Assembly: GCA_963422645.2 (NCBI GenBank)
Contig: CAXXVO010000021.1
Coordinates: 64,001-128,000 of the forward strand
Direction of reading: 5' to 3'
Length of the DNA stretch: 64,000 nt
DNA from: Alphaproteobacteria bacterium
GTDB taxonomy: Bacteria > Pseudomonadota > Alphaproteobacteria > UBA828
Part shown: positions 1 through 9,068 of the stretch, one piece after another
Layout: each line of letters begins with the position of its first letter
Position numbering within the stretch: position 1 is the stretch's first letter
Notes under the pieces: model-generated
What the model was told of the DNA's origin: nothing
The model's database searches: none
The model's input: the letters and a program-made list of their open reading frames with translations, nothing else
Program-made: the position numbers and the translations under genes

Positions 1-11
1 ATACACTCGGG

Positions 12-148
12 CCGCTGAGAACGATGCGGCGCCGGCCTCATTTGCTTGGTGGCAACGACCGGCGCCGCACCCCCCGAGCCATGCAAGGCACGGCCCATAT
101 GCGCAGTATCGTGCGGGTTTGGGCGTGGGTCCACCCCGTTCTCATCGG
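12..148 (+). other. Putative multi-stem structured leader RNA upstream of the Zn-finger/istA operon
   Basis: Stems read by eye: 16-23 TGAGAACG/137-144 CGTTCTCA; 25-35 TGCGGCGCCGG/59-69 CCGGCGCCGCA; 89-97/120-127. Confidence 0.35.
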
Positions 149-153
149 TCGCG

Positions 154-588
154 ATGAAGAACGCCGCCCGCCTGTACAACTGCGCCTCCTGTCGTCGCCA
201 GGTCGTTCTCTGCCGGCGCTGTGACCACGGCAACATCTACTGTTCGCGGAGCTGCGGCGAGGAGGCGCGGCGGCACTCGCAGCGCCGTGCCGGGCAGCGC
301 TACCAGAACGGCCGCCGGGGCCGACACAAGCATGCCGAGCGCCAGCGGCGCTATCGCGAACGCCGGCGACGCCGGACGCCGGTGAATCGGCGCCGCGGGC
401 AGAAAGTGACGCATCACCCTTTGACCGCCGCGCGGCGGCGTCCTGTTGTGACGCGGACGCCGGCAGGGCGTCTGGGGACGCGGCCATTCGGGCGCGAGCG
501 GCCCGCCAGGGTCTTCCGCTGCGATCGCTGCGGCCGGTTCTGCGGGCGGGAAGTCTATCCGGGCCTGCGCCCGGCGGGAGAGGGGTGA
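154..588 (+). CDS. Cys-rich basic zinc-finger protein associated with IS21-type transposase
   Basis: CASC-x6-CRRC-x6-CSRSC plus C-terminal CDRCGRFC; Arg-rich helix; ATG at 154; stop is 1 bp before istA. Confidence 0.7.
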   Translation: MKNAARLYNCASCRRQVVLCRRCDHGNIYCSRSCGEEARRHSQRRAGQRYQNGRRGRHKHAERQRRYRERRRRRTPVNRRRGQKVTHHPLTAARRRPVVTRTPAGRLGTRPFGRERPARVFRCDRCGRFCGREVYPGLRPAGEG

Positions 589-589
589 G

Positions 590-2086
590 ATGACCATCGA
601 CAAGGAGATCCGCGCCGAGATCCTGCGCCTGTATTACGCCGAGAAGTGGAAGATCGGCACGATCGCGCGCCAGCTCGGCGTCCATCACATCACCGTCGAC
701 CGCGTTCTGGCCGACGCCGGGGTGCCTCGGCAGGACCGGCGGCGCCGGAGCTCGAAGCTCGATCCCTTCATCCGCCACACGCTGGCGGTCTATCCGACGC
801 TGACCGCCAGCCGGCTCTACGACATGGTGTACGAGCGTGGCTACCGGGGGAGCCGGAGCCACTTCCGCAACATGATCGCCGCCGAGCGGCCCAGGCCCGT
901 GGCCGAGGCCTATCTGCGCCTCAAGACCCTTCCCGGCGAGCAGGCCCAGGTCGACTGGGCCCACTTCGGCAAGGTAAGGATCGGCCGCGCGCAGCGCCGC
1001 CTGATGGGCTTCGTGATGGTTCTCAGCTACTCGCGCCGCACCTTCCTGCGCTTCTACCTCGACGCCGGGATGTGCAACTTCCAGCGCGGCCATATCGAAG
1101 CCTTCGAGGCGTGGCAGGGCGTGCCCCGCGAGCTCTGGTACGACAACCTGAAGAGCGTCGTGCTGGAGCGCCGCGGCGCCGCCATCCGGTTCAACCCCCG
1201 GATCCTCGACTTCGCCGGCCATTACCGATTCCTTCCCAAACCCGTCGCGGTCGCGCGCGGCAACGAGAAGGGGCGCGTCGAACGGGCCATACGCTATATC
1301 CGCGACAGCTTCTTCGCCGCCCGCCGGTGGCGCGATCTCGACGATCTCAACGCTCAGGCCCAAGCCTGGTGCGACGGCATCGCCGCCGACCGCCCCTGGC
1401 CCGAGGACCGCTCGATCGGCGTGCGCGAGGCCTTCGAGCGGGAGCGCGGCTCGCTGATCGCGCTGCCCGGCGATCCCTTCCCCGCCCACGACCGGGTCGA
1501 GGTGAAGATCGGCAAGACCCCCTATGCCCGCTTCGACCTCAACGATTACAGCGTGCCGCACACCCATGTGCGGCGCACCCTCGTGGTGGTCGCGACGCTC
1601 GAGGAAGTGCGCATTCTCGACGGCGTCGACGTCATCGCCAGTCATCCGCGCAGCTTCGACAAGGACGCCTGCATCGAGATCCCCGAGCACATCGCCGAGC
1701 TGGTCAGGCACAAACGTCAGGCCCGCCGCCTGCGCGGCCAGGACCGGCTGGTCCGGGCCGCACCCGGCAGCGAGCGCCTGCTCGCCGACGCCGCCATGCG
1801 CGGCGACAATATCGGCGCCATCGTCGCCGCCCTGCTGCGCCTGCTCGACGCCTACGGCGCCGCCGAGCTCGAGGCGGCCATCGGCGAGGCGCTGAAGCGC
1901 GGCGTCCCCCACCCCAACGCGGTGCGCCAGAGCCTGACCCGGCGCCGCGAACAGCGCGACAAGCCGCCGCCCATCCCGGTCGACCTGCCCAGCGATCCGA
2001 GAGTGCGCGACATCACGGTCCGCGATCACGATCTGACCGGATACGACGGGCTGGCCGGCGAAGCCGAGGAGGACAGCGAAGAATGA
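590..2086 (+). CDS. istA: IS21 family transposase IstA
   Basis: N-terminal HTH, PGEQAQVDW, YDNLKS, EKGRVER DDE motifs. Confidence 0.95.
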   Translation: MTIDKEIRAEILRLYYAEKWKIGTIARQLGVHHITVDRVLADAGVPRQDRRRRSSKLDPFIRHTLAVYPTLTASRLYDMVYERGYRGSRSHFRNMIAAERPRPVAEAYLRLKTLPGEQAQVDWAHFGKVRIGRAQRRLMGFVMVLSYSRRTFLRFYLDAGMCNFQRGHIEAFEAWQGVPRELWYDNLKSVVLERRGAAIRFNPRILDFAGHYRFLPKPVAVARGNEKGRVERAIRYIRDSFFAARRWRDLDDLNAQAQAWCDGIAADRPWPEDRSIGVREAFERERGSLIALPGDPFPAHDRVEVKIGKTPYARFDLNDYSVPHTHVRRTLVVVATLEEVRILDGVDVIASHPRSFDKDACIEIPEHIAELVRHKRQARRLRGQDRLVRAAPGSERLLADAAMRGDNIGAIVAALLRLLDAYGAAELEAAIGEALKRGVPHPNAVRQSLTRRREQRDKPPPIPVDLPSDPRVRDITVRDHDLTGYDGLAGEAEEDSEE

Positions 2087-2871
2087 ACGACACCCTCAAG
2101 GACCGGGCCCGCGCGCTCGGCCTGCACGGCCTCGTCGCCCATTGGGGCGAGGCCGGCGAGCGCGACTGGCCCGCCGCGCTGGTCGCCTGGGAAGAAGAAG
2201 AGCGGCGCAGCCGCAGCCTCAAGCGGCGCCTCGCCGACGCCCGCCTCGGACAGTTCAAGCCGCTCGCCGACTTCGACTGGGCGTGGCCCAGACGCTGCGA
2301 CCGCATGGCCGTCGAGGACCTCATGAACCTCGACTTCCTCGACGAGGCCGCCAACGTCGTCCTGGTCGGCCCCAACGGCGTCGGCAAGTCGACCATCGCC
2401 GCCAATATCGCCCACCGCGCCGTCCTCGAGGGGCACACCGTGCGCTTCGCAACCGCCGCCAGCATGCTCGGCGAGCTCGCCGCGCTGGACAGCGACACCC
2501 TGCTCCAGCGCAAGCTGCGCTTCTACGCCCGCCAGCACCTGCTGGTGATCGACGAGGTCGGATACCTGTCCTACAGCAACCGCCATGCCGATCTGCTGTT
2601 CAATATCGTCTCCAGCCGCAGCCAGCAGAACTCCACCATCGTCACCACCAACCGGCCCTTCGCCGAGTGGGGCGAGGCCTTCCCCAACGCCGCCTGCCTC
2701 GTCGCCCTGGTCGACCGCCTCGTCCACAACGCCGAGATCGTCGCCATCGACGGCGAGTCCTGGCGCCGCAAGGAAGCCGAGGAACGCCAGAAGCAGCGCA
2801 GCGCCGAGCGCCGCCGGCGGCGAGGCGGGAAGGCCGCCGCGCAGGATCCCGGAGAACCGACGTCGGCATAG
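2083..2871 (+). CDS. istB: IS21 helper ATPase IstB
   Basis: GPNGVGKS Walker A, LLVIDEVGY Walker B, TTNRPF, DRLVH; ATGA overlap with istA. Confidence 0.95.
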   Translation: MNDTLKDRARALGLHGLVAHWGEAGERDWPAALVAWEEEERRSRSLKRRLADARLGQFKPLADFDWAWPRRCDRMAVEDLMNLDFLDEAANVVLVGPNGVGKSTIAANIAHRAVLEGHTVRFATAASMLGELAALDSDTLLQRKLRFYARQHLLVIDEVGYLSYSNRHADLLFNIVSSRSQQNSTIVTTNRPFAEWGEAFPNAACLVALVDRLVHNAEIVAIDGESWRRKEAEERQKQRSAERRRRRGGKAAAQDPGEPTSA

Positions 2872-2873
2872 CC

Positions 2874-3764
2874 GTGGATCGCCTCGATCCATGGAACCGG
2901 CGGGTGCGGGCCGAGGCCCTGCGAGGCTATCCCCTCGAAGACGTCGTCCACCGCCTCGGCTACCGCCGCGATCCCGCCGATGCCGCACGTTGGAGACGTC
3001 CCGGATCGGTCGTCAGCATCAACGGCTTCATGTTCTACGATCATCTCCGCGGAGAGGGCGGGGGCGGAGCCATCGACCTGGTCATCCATGCGCGGCGGTG
3101 CCCGCCGCCCGAGGCCCTGGCCTTCCTCTCGAAACTGCCGTGCCGTGACCGGATCCCGGCCGATCGTCGCCCGAGGCCGCCGTGCTCGGAGCGCCACTGG
3201 CCCGCCGTCCAGCGCTGCCTCGTCGAGCAGCGCGGCCTCGGAGGCACGCTCGCCCTGTGCCGCGACCTCGGCCTGGTACACGCCGACCGGCAAGGCAACG
3301 CCGTGTTCGTCCGCCGAAACGCGGCCGGCGAGGCGACCGGCGCCGAGATCGTCCCCGCCGCGGGAGCGCACCGCCCCGCGCTATCTCCGGCCGCGCGCGG
3401 CGGCTTCTGGATGTCGTGGGACCCCGACTGGCCGATCTCCGTCATCCTCGCCAAGAGCGCCATCGACGCCCTGTCGGTCCTCTCCCTCCACCTCGTCCCG
3501 GCCGGGCGCAAGGGATGCGCCGTGGTCTCAACCGGCGGCGCCAACGCAAGCCTCCCCGAATGGATCGAGGCATGGAACCCCGGCCGGATCTTCTGCGCCT
3601 ACGACGCCACCCGCCAGGGCGATGACGCCGCCGCCCGGCTGATCCGAAAGAACAACAGGATCGTCCGCATGCGCCCGGCCCTCGATGGCCTGGACTGGAA
3701 CGACTTGCTCATGCGCGAGCGCGCCGGCGAACCGATCCAGGCCGATGACCGGCCCCTCGACTGA
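2874..3764 (+). CDS. DUF3991/TOPRIM primase-like protein (acidic motifs degenerate)
   Basis: GGGGAIDLVIH N-terminal motif; VILAKSAIDALS and CAYDATRQGD TOPRIM-like motifs; paralog of 41303-42172. Confidence 0.75.
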   Translation: MDRLDPWNRRVRAEALRGYPLEDVVHRLGYRRDPADAARWRRPGSVVSINGFMFYDHLRGEGGGGAIDLVIHARRCPPPEALAFLSKLPCRDRIPADRRPRPPCSERHWPAVQRCLVEQRGLGGTLALCRDLGLVHADRQGNAVFVRRNAAGEATGAEIVPAAGAHRPALSPAARGGFWMSWDPDWPISVILAKSAIDALSVLSLHLVPAGRKGCAVVSTGGANASLPEWIEAWNPGRIFCAYDATRQGDDAAARLIRKNNRIVRMRPALDGLDWNDLLMRERAGEPIQADDRPLD

Positions 3765-3894
3765 ACCGCGCCATATCCCCGAACACCAACACGCGTATCC
3801 AGCGGCGCCACCGTGCGGCACGCCACACGCCCCAGGCCGACTACGCCAACCGGGGAATGCAGCAAATATGCGCACTTCTAAGCCGTCGCTAACA

Positions 3895-5200
3895 CGCCTT
3901 CGTCTATGGCCGGACACATGTCCAGCGGCGGACGGACGGGACCGCACGATGCCGCGTCGTGCCGATGGAGGACTGGCACGTCTGCATCCCGGATGCCCAT
4001 GAGGGCTTCATCGATTGGGACGAGTACCTTCGTAATCGAGCCATCATGACCGGCAATGCCACCGCCTTCCTGCCATCGCCTTCGCGGACCGCGGCGCCCC
4101 GCGAGGGGGCGGCGCTGTTGCAGTCGCGGGTGATCTGCGGCCACTGCGGCCGGCGCATGGGCATGCAATACAACCGCGCTCTCCCGCATCGCAACCGGCC
4201 GGCGCGCTACTTCTACGTCTGCAATGAAGAGTTGGCCCGCTACGGACGGAAGACCTGCCAGACCATGCGCGGCGATCTCGTCGACGCCGAGATATCCCGC
4301 TTCGTGATCGACGCGTTGAACCGCAAGAACATCGATCTTGCCCTGGCGGTCCAGGAGCAGGTCGATGTGGAGTTCGCCGAGGCCGATGCCCAGCGCGCCA
4401 GGCGCATCGAGGCCATCCGCTACGAGGCCGATCTGGCGCGGCGGAGGTTCTTCGAGGTCGACCCGGCCAACCGGCTGGTGGCGGCATTGCTGGAGGCCGA
4501 CTGGAACGAGCGCCTGCGCGAGCTGGAAGAGGCGTGCCGGGAACGGGAGGCCCGCGGCGCGGCGCGCGATACCGAGCTGTCCGAGCGGCAGGCCGAACGC
4601 ATCCGGGAACTGGCGTGGGACTTCGAGCAGGTATGGAACGCCGCCCAGACCGGAAACGCGGATCGCAAGCGGCTGCTCGGGCTTCTGATCGAGGATGCGA
4701 CGCTGACCCGGGACGGCTCCGAGGTGACGATCGGTCTGCGTATGCGCGGGGGGCGTTCCCTGACCCTTGAGACCCTTCAGCTGCCGAGACCGATGGCGGA
4801 GATCCGCAAGACACCTGCGGAAACGGTCGCCGCGGTCGACCGGCTGCTGGAAACTCACGGTGACGAAGGCACCGCACGGGCGCTGAACGCGATGGGGCGC
4901 CGAAACTGGAAGGGCCAACTCTACACGGCCGCGCACGTGGGCAGGATACGGCGGGCTTACGGGTTGCCCAACTACCTCGAACGCGCGACGAAATGGCTTC
5001 GCGACCGGGGCTTCTCGACAGCCGCGGAAGTAGCCGCCCAGCTCGACTTCAACGAGAGGGTCGTCCGGCGGGTGGGCAGAACCGCAACGGACGCGCGGGT
5101 GGAGCGGGTCATCGTCCCGACCGAAGGCCGGCGACGGTACTGCATGTACAAGTCCAACTGCGCCGGCAAAACGGCGCCGTTGTCGGAACCCGCATCGTGA
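3895..5200 (+). pseudogene. 3' part of a large serine recombinase (recombinase + Zn-ribbon + coiled coil)
   Basis: AFVYGR...HEGFIDW, LLQSRVICGHCG, YFYVC, VDPANRLVAALLEADWN; catalytic N-terminus missing, frame begins at the transposon end. Confidence 0.85.
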
Positions 5201-5280
5201 GGCTGAAACTGCCCCCAGAGAACGACACCATCGCGGCAGCCGGTCGGCCCGGGCGCCGGTGGAGACTCGAAGCCCTCACC

Positions 5281-5312
5281 AAAAAAGGGGCCAGCGCCGA
5301 AGCGCCGGCCCC
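5281..5312 (-). terminator. Rho-independent terminator of ssb
   Basis: GGGGCC-A-GCGC/GCGC-C-GGCCCC stem followed by a T6 run on the minus strand. Confidence 0.7.
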
Positions 5313-5346
5313 CGAGTTGGGAGGGAGGAACGAAGGGAAGTGGTCC

Positions 5347-5793
5347 TCAGAACGGGATCGAATCGTCCGGATCCGGGGACATGGCCGACCCGTTCGCGGC
5401 CTCGGCCGTGGCGGCTGCGCCGTTGCCGTTGGCCCCGTTCGGCTTGTCGAGGAACTGGATGCGCGAGCCGGGCACGAGCAGGATCTCGGTGGAGAACCGG
5501 TCCGAGTCCTCGCCGTCCTTGCGGAAGCGCCGGGTCTGCATCTTGCCCGCGACATAGACCAGCCGGCCCTTCTTCGCGTGCTTCTCGAGCATGTCGACGA
5601 GGCCGTCCTGGAACGTCACGCAGCGGTGCCACTCGGTCTTGTCGATCCGCTCGCCGCTGCCGTTCCGGTCGATGTAGCTCTCGTCGGTCGCCACGCTCAT
5701 GTTGGCCACGCGGTCCCCGGAGGCGAGATGGTTGACGGTGACGTCGGCGCCGAGGCGGCCGATGACTTCCGCGCGGTTGAGTCCGAAGCTCAT
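5347..5793 (-). CDS. ssb: Single-stranded DNA-binding protein
   Basis: LNRAEVIGRLGAD, TEWHR, KGRLVYVAGKMQTR and acidic tail DDSIPF; SD AAGGAG. Confidence 0.95.
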   Translation of the reverse strand: MSFGLNRAEVIGRLGADVTVNHLASGDRVANMSVATDESYIDRNGSGERIDKTEWHRCVTFQDGLVDMLEKHAKKGRLVYVAGKMQTRRFRKDGEDSDRFSTEILLVPGSRIQFLDKPNGANGNGAAATAEAANGSAMSPDPDDSIPF

Positions 5794-6030
5794 GGTCTTC
5801 TCCTTCAGGTCTGGTTGATGACGATGGAATGCGAACGGCCGGGACGACTCTCTCCGTCCCCTTCTCCGTTCACCCTTCCCGCGCTTCACTCCAACTCCGG
5901 TCTGACGTCAGACCCGGTATCGGAGGAAATGGAACGATGTGGCTTGACTTCGCCTGGACCATATGGAGTGCAAGGGAACGGCAAGACCACTAGATCTGCC
6001 GGTTCGACCTCACAGTCCCAACAAGGTGCA

Positions 6031-6174
6031 TCATGAAACACGAGACTTGTCGACGTAGCTCTCGTCGGTGGCGATGCTGAGATTGGCCACGCGGCCCCCC
6101 GAGACGAGATGGTTGACGGTCACGTCGGCGCCGAGGCGTCCGATCAGTTCCACGCGGTTCAGTCCGAAGCTCAT
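6031..6174 (-). pseudogene. ssb: Truncated second ssb copy (first ~43 codons)
   Basis: MSFGLNRVELIGRLGADVTVNHLVSGGRVANLSIATDESY then unrelated sequence. Confidence 0.85.
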
Positions 6175-6280
6175 GGTTGTCTCCTTCATGCTCTCGATGA
6201 TGACGTTGGGTTGCGAACGTCCGGAGGCCGGATCGATCTCTCTCTGGCCCCCTTGCCGTTCACCCTTCTCTCGCTTCCCA

Positions 6281-6436
6281 CTACCTCTCGTCCGCCGGGG
6301 CCTCGCGGTCGGGGCAGCTACGGGCGCGGTCGTCGGCCAGCGCTTCGCGGACGACGCGAAGGTCGAGCCCGATCTCGGCGAGCAACAGGCCGCCGGTCGG
6401 GGTGATGGGGTCGTAATCGGAGTGAAGATCGAACAT
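6281..6436 (-). CDS. 51-aa hypothetical protein (below ORF-track cutoff)
   Basis: MFDLHSDYDPITPTGGLLLAEIGLDLRVVREALADD...; SD AAGGAG upstream; high GC3 codons. Confidence 0.5.
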   Translation of the reverse strand: MFDLHSDYDPITPTGGLLLAEIGLDLRVVREALADDRARSCPDREAPADER

Positions 6437-6562
6437 CGCCGGGTCTCCTTGCGGTTGCCGCGCCCGGCAGACGGGAGCTCTTCTCCCTTTCGTTCGCCGG
6501 GCACTCGCCCGGCGCCCGCTGTCCTCGACCTTCAGATGACCCCTGCCGTCGAGGGGGACCGC

Positions 6563-7594
6563 TCAGGTCCAGCCCGTGAGCGTCGCCGTGATGGGCGCGT
6601 CGCTCACGATCTCGATCTGGCCCCTCGACAGCTTCGCGAACGCGAGACAGAGCGCGACATCGGCCTCGCAGTCGAACGGGCCGTGTTCCCTGCCCGTCGC
6701 GAGTTCGATCACGGTGAAGCTGGGACCCCAGACCGGGATGCCGCGGAAGTGATCCGAGCGCTCGTAGGATCGTTTCGCGCACTCGGCGCAGCGGCAGGAT
6801 CCCTGCGCCGGACGGCCGCAATCGGTGCAGGCGTCCATGGCCCGGCGCTCGGCGTAGCGCCGGCGTGCGGCGGCGTTCTTGCGTTCAGGCGAACCGCGTT
6901 CGGCTTCGAGCACGGCGCAGGGGGCGCATCTCGAACCGCCGTCCGCGGTCGGCTCGCCGCACCGGCCACAGAGGCCCGCGGACCGGCGGGCAGCGTAGAC
7001 CTCGCGCTCGGCCGCCCGCCTCGCCATCCGGCACAGCTCGCAGGTCGTGCCGGACTCGACGGGTGGCCGGCGCCCGCATCGGGTGCACAGGCCGGCATCG
7101 CGCCGATCGTGCTGGCGCTTGCCGCTCCTTGTACGGGCATTCCTGCGTTTAGCGTCCGGGTCTCTGCCGCCATACAGTTTGCCGGCGGCCTTGCCCGCCG
7201 CATAGCGGGCGCGGTCGGCTTCGCGCCGCTTCTTCCCGCAGCTTTCGCAGACGGTGCGCTCCGGGGCGGCGGGCGCTTGGCCGCAGCGCGTGCATGCGCC
7301 CTGGGTCTGGCGTCCGGCGACCTGCCGCCGGTAGCGTCGGCGCTCGGCCGCGCGGGCTTTCTCCGGGTCCCGGCGCGGCTTGCCAGCGGCCCGGAGCCTC
7401 GCGTCGCGGGCGCGCCCGGCGGCGCGACGCTTCTCGCCGCACAGCTCGCACGCGCTGCGGCCGGGCGCGGGCGGTCTTTCCCCACAACGCGGGCACAGCC
7501 CGGCGGCACGGCGTTCGGCGGTGCGCCGCGCGAACCGTTCGCGGTCGCGCGCACGGCCCGTTTCGGGGTCGCGGTAAGCCATCGGCTGCTCCAT
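6563..7594 (-). CDS. Basic protein with five tandem C4 zinc-ribbon repeats
   Basis: Five CxxC-x9-11-CxxC units separated by Arg/Ala helices; hydrophobic C-terminal domain. Confidence 0.8.
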   Translation of the reverse strand: MEQPMAYRDPETGRARDRERFARRTAERRAAGLCPRCGERPPAPGRSACELCGEKRRAAGRARDARLRAAGKPRRDPEKARAAERRRYRRQVAGRQTQGACTRCGQAPAAPERTVCESCGKKRREADRARYAAGKAAGKLYGGRDPDAKRRNARTRSGKRQHDRRDAGLCTRCGRRPPVESGTTCELCRMARRAAEREVYAARRSAGLCGRCGEPTADGGSRCAPCAVLEAERGSPERKNAAARRRYAERRAMDACTDCGRPAQGSCRCAECAKRSYERSDHFRGIPVWGPSFTVIELATGREHGPFDCEADVALCLAFAKLSRGQIEIVSDAPITATLTGWT

Positions 7595-7667
7595 GTCGGT
7601 GGTGATTTCCGGACGGCGGACACCCGGCCGGCGACGGGACGGCGGGACATCCGCAGGAGCACGCCGG

Positions 7668-7994
7668 TCAGCCCTTCTGCTTGCGGTCCGTGAATATCCC
7701 CATGGCCCGCCAGCCCCAGAGCTGCACGCCGGAGCCGCGCCGCTTGACCCCCGTCGCGATGATGATTTCGTCGCGCGCGGGCCGCATCTTCTCGACCGCC
7801 TTCAGCGAGGCGATCGTCGGCCGCGCCTTGCGCCGGCCCTTCGGCTTCGTCCCGTCGGCGCCGACCGGAACGATGTCGCCGTTCGCCATGGAGCGGAACC
7901 GCTGGACGGCATAGCGGTCGTCATCGAGACCGCCGCCGACGAAGTGGGTGAGGAACGTGCGCGCGTCGCCGCGCGGTGCGATCGCCGTCTGCAT
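7668..7994 (-). CDS. 108-aa hypothetical protein, paralog of 27990-28310
   Basis: SD AAGGAG before MQTAIAP; aligns along its whole length to the 28310 ORF. Confidence 0.7.
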   Translation of the reverse strand: MQTAIAPRGDARTFLTHFVGGGLDDDRYAVQRFRSMANGDIVPVGADGTKPKGRRKARPTIASLKAVEKMRPARDEIIIATGVKRRGSGVQLWGWRAMGIFTDRKQKG

Positions 7995-8383
7995 GGTGCC
8001 GTGCTCCTTCGAGAGGTGAACAAGGACGGCGGAGGCGGCTCCCTCTAGAGCGCCGACCGCCGCCCCGCTCACGGCCGAACCTTTCCTCTCGATGGTGCGG
8101 GGCAATTCAGGGGCGCGAGTAAACGGCGGCGGTGCCGACGGCGATACGGATACGGACAAGCGAAACATGATCCCACCGGCGCGGCGGGCGTGCCGGGGTC
8201 GTTCGTCGGCTTTCGGGAGACGGTCCGGCCTGCGTCGCGTTCCGTGCGTACTGCTTGTGCGGAAGGGTTATTGGGGCGGGCGGGCGGCCGCCGTACCGGC
8301 GTTGCGGGCCGATGTGATCGCCCGCAGCGTCTTGATAGCATCGCAATCGGTGTGTAAATTGGGCTTCCAGCCGAACGGAGGGC

Positions 8384-8632
8384 ATGGCCATGGCGAGCAT
8401 CACGATCCGCAACCTCGACGACGACGTGAAGACGCGCTTGCGCGTGCGCGCCGCCGAACACCACCGCTCCATGGAGGAGGAGGCGCGGCTGATCCTGCGC
8501 GAGGCGGTGGGGGGCAAGGCGGACTCGCGGAACCTCGCGAGCATCGTGCGTTCGCATTTCGGGCCGGACAACGGGGTGGACCTGGAGTTGCCGCCTCGCG
8601 AGGCCGGGCGCCAGCCGCCGTCTTTCGACTGA
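8384..8632 (+). CDS. FitA-like ribbon-helix-helix antitoxin
   Basis: ASITIRNLDDDVKTRLRVRAAEHHRSMEEEAR; upstream of PIN toxin. Confidence 0.9.
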   Translation: MAMASITIRNLDDDVKTRLRVRAAEHHRSMEEEARLILREAVGGKADSRNLASIVRSHFGPDNGVDLELPPREAGRQPPSFD

Positions 8633-8642
8633 GCCCTCGGCC

Positions 8643-9068
8643 ATGGCCGTGCTGTTAGACACAAATGTGGTGTCCGAACTGATCCGCAAGGCGCCCGATC
8701 CGGCCATCGAGACGTGGGCCGCTGGCCACGCCCTGGAAGACCTGTTCTTCTCGGCGGTGGGCGAAGCGGAGCTGCGCTACGGCGCCGCCATTCTGCCGGC
8801 AGGCCGGCGGCGGGAATCGCTGGTCCGGGATATCGAGGCAATGCTGAGCGACGCCTTCGATGGCCGCGTGCTGCCGTTCGACAGCAGGGCGGCCCGCGCC
8901 TATGCGGATATCGCGGCCATGCGCCGTTCAGCCGGCCGCACGGTCCCGCCGGCGGACTGCCAGATCGCAGCGATCGCCCGATCCCGCAATATGGCGGTGG
9001 CGACCCGCAACGTTCGCGACTTCGATGACATCGACATCGAGGTCGTCGATCCGTGGACGGCGGCGTGA
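8643..9068 (+). CDS. vapC: VapC/FitB PIN-domain toxin
   Basis: LLDTNVVSEL, AELRYG, DCQIAAIA, ATRNVRDF. Confidence 0.92.
   Translation: MAVLLDTNVVSELIRKAPDPAIETWAAGHALEDLFFSAVGEAELRYGAAILPAGRRRESLVRDIEAMLSDAFDGRVLPFDSRAARAYADIAAMRRSAGRTVPPADCQIAAIARSRNMAVATRNVRDFDDIDIEVVDPWTAA

Larger units (their letters stand above)
1..3894 (+). mobile_element. IS21-family-derived transposon carrying Zn-finger, istA, istB and TOPRIM genes (left end outside window)
   Basis: Four closely coupled ORFs. The sequence ...AAGCCGTCGCTAACA (rc TGTTAGCGACGG) ends at 3894, exactly where an interrupted serine recombinase frame resumes (AFVYGRT). Confidence 0.7.

Noticed and set aside
38-2029. Long antisense/alternate-frame ORFs (also 8900-10825, 10865-12739, 25753-28029, 39089-40792, 49832-51496)
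   Set aside because: Shadows of real genes in high-GC DNA with no family motifs
646-3764. Apparent 741-aa IstB and 540-aa TOPRIM fusions in the ORF track
   Set aside because: N-terminal extensions are Arg/Pro-rich off-frame reads of upstream genes; plausible starts are 2083 and 2874
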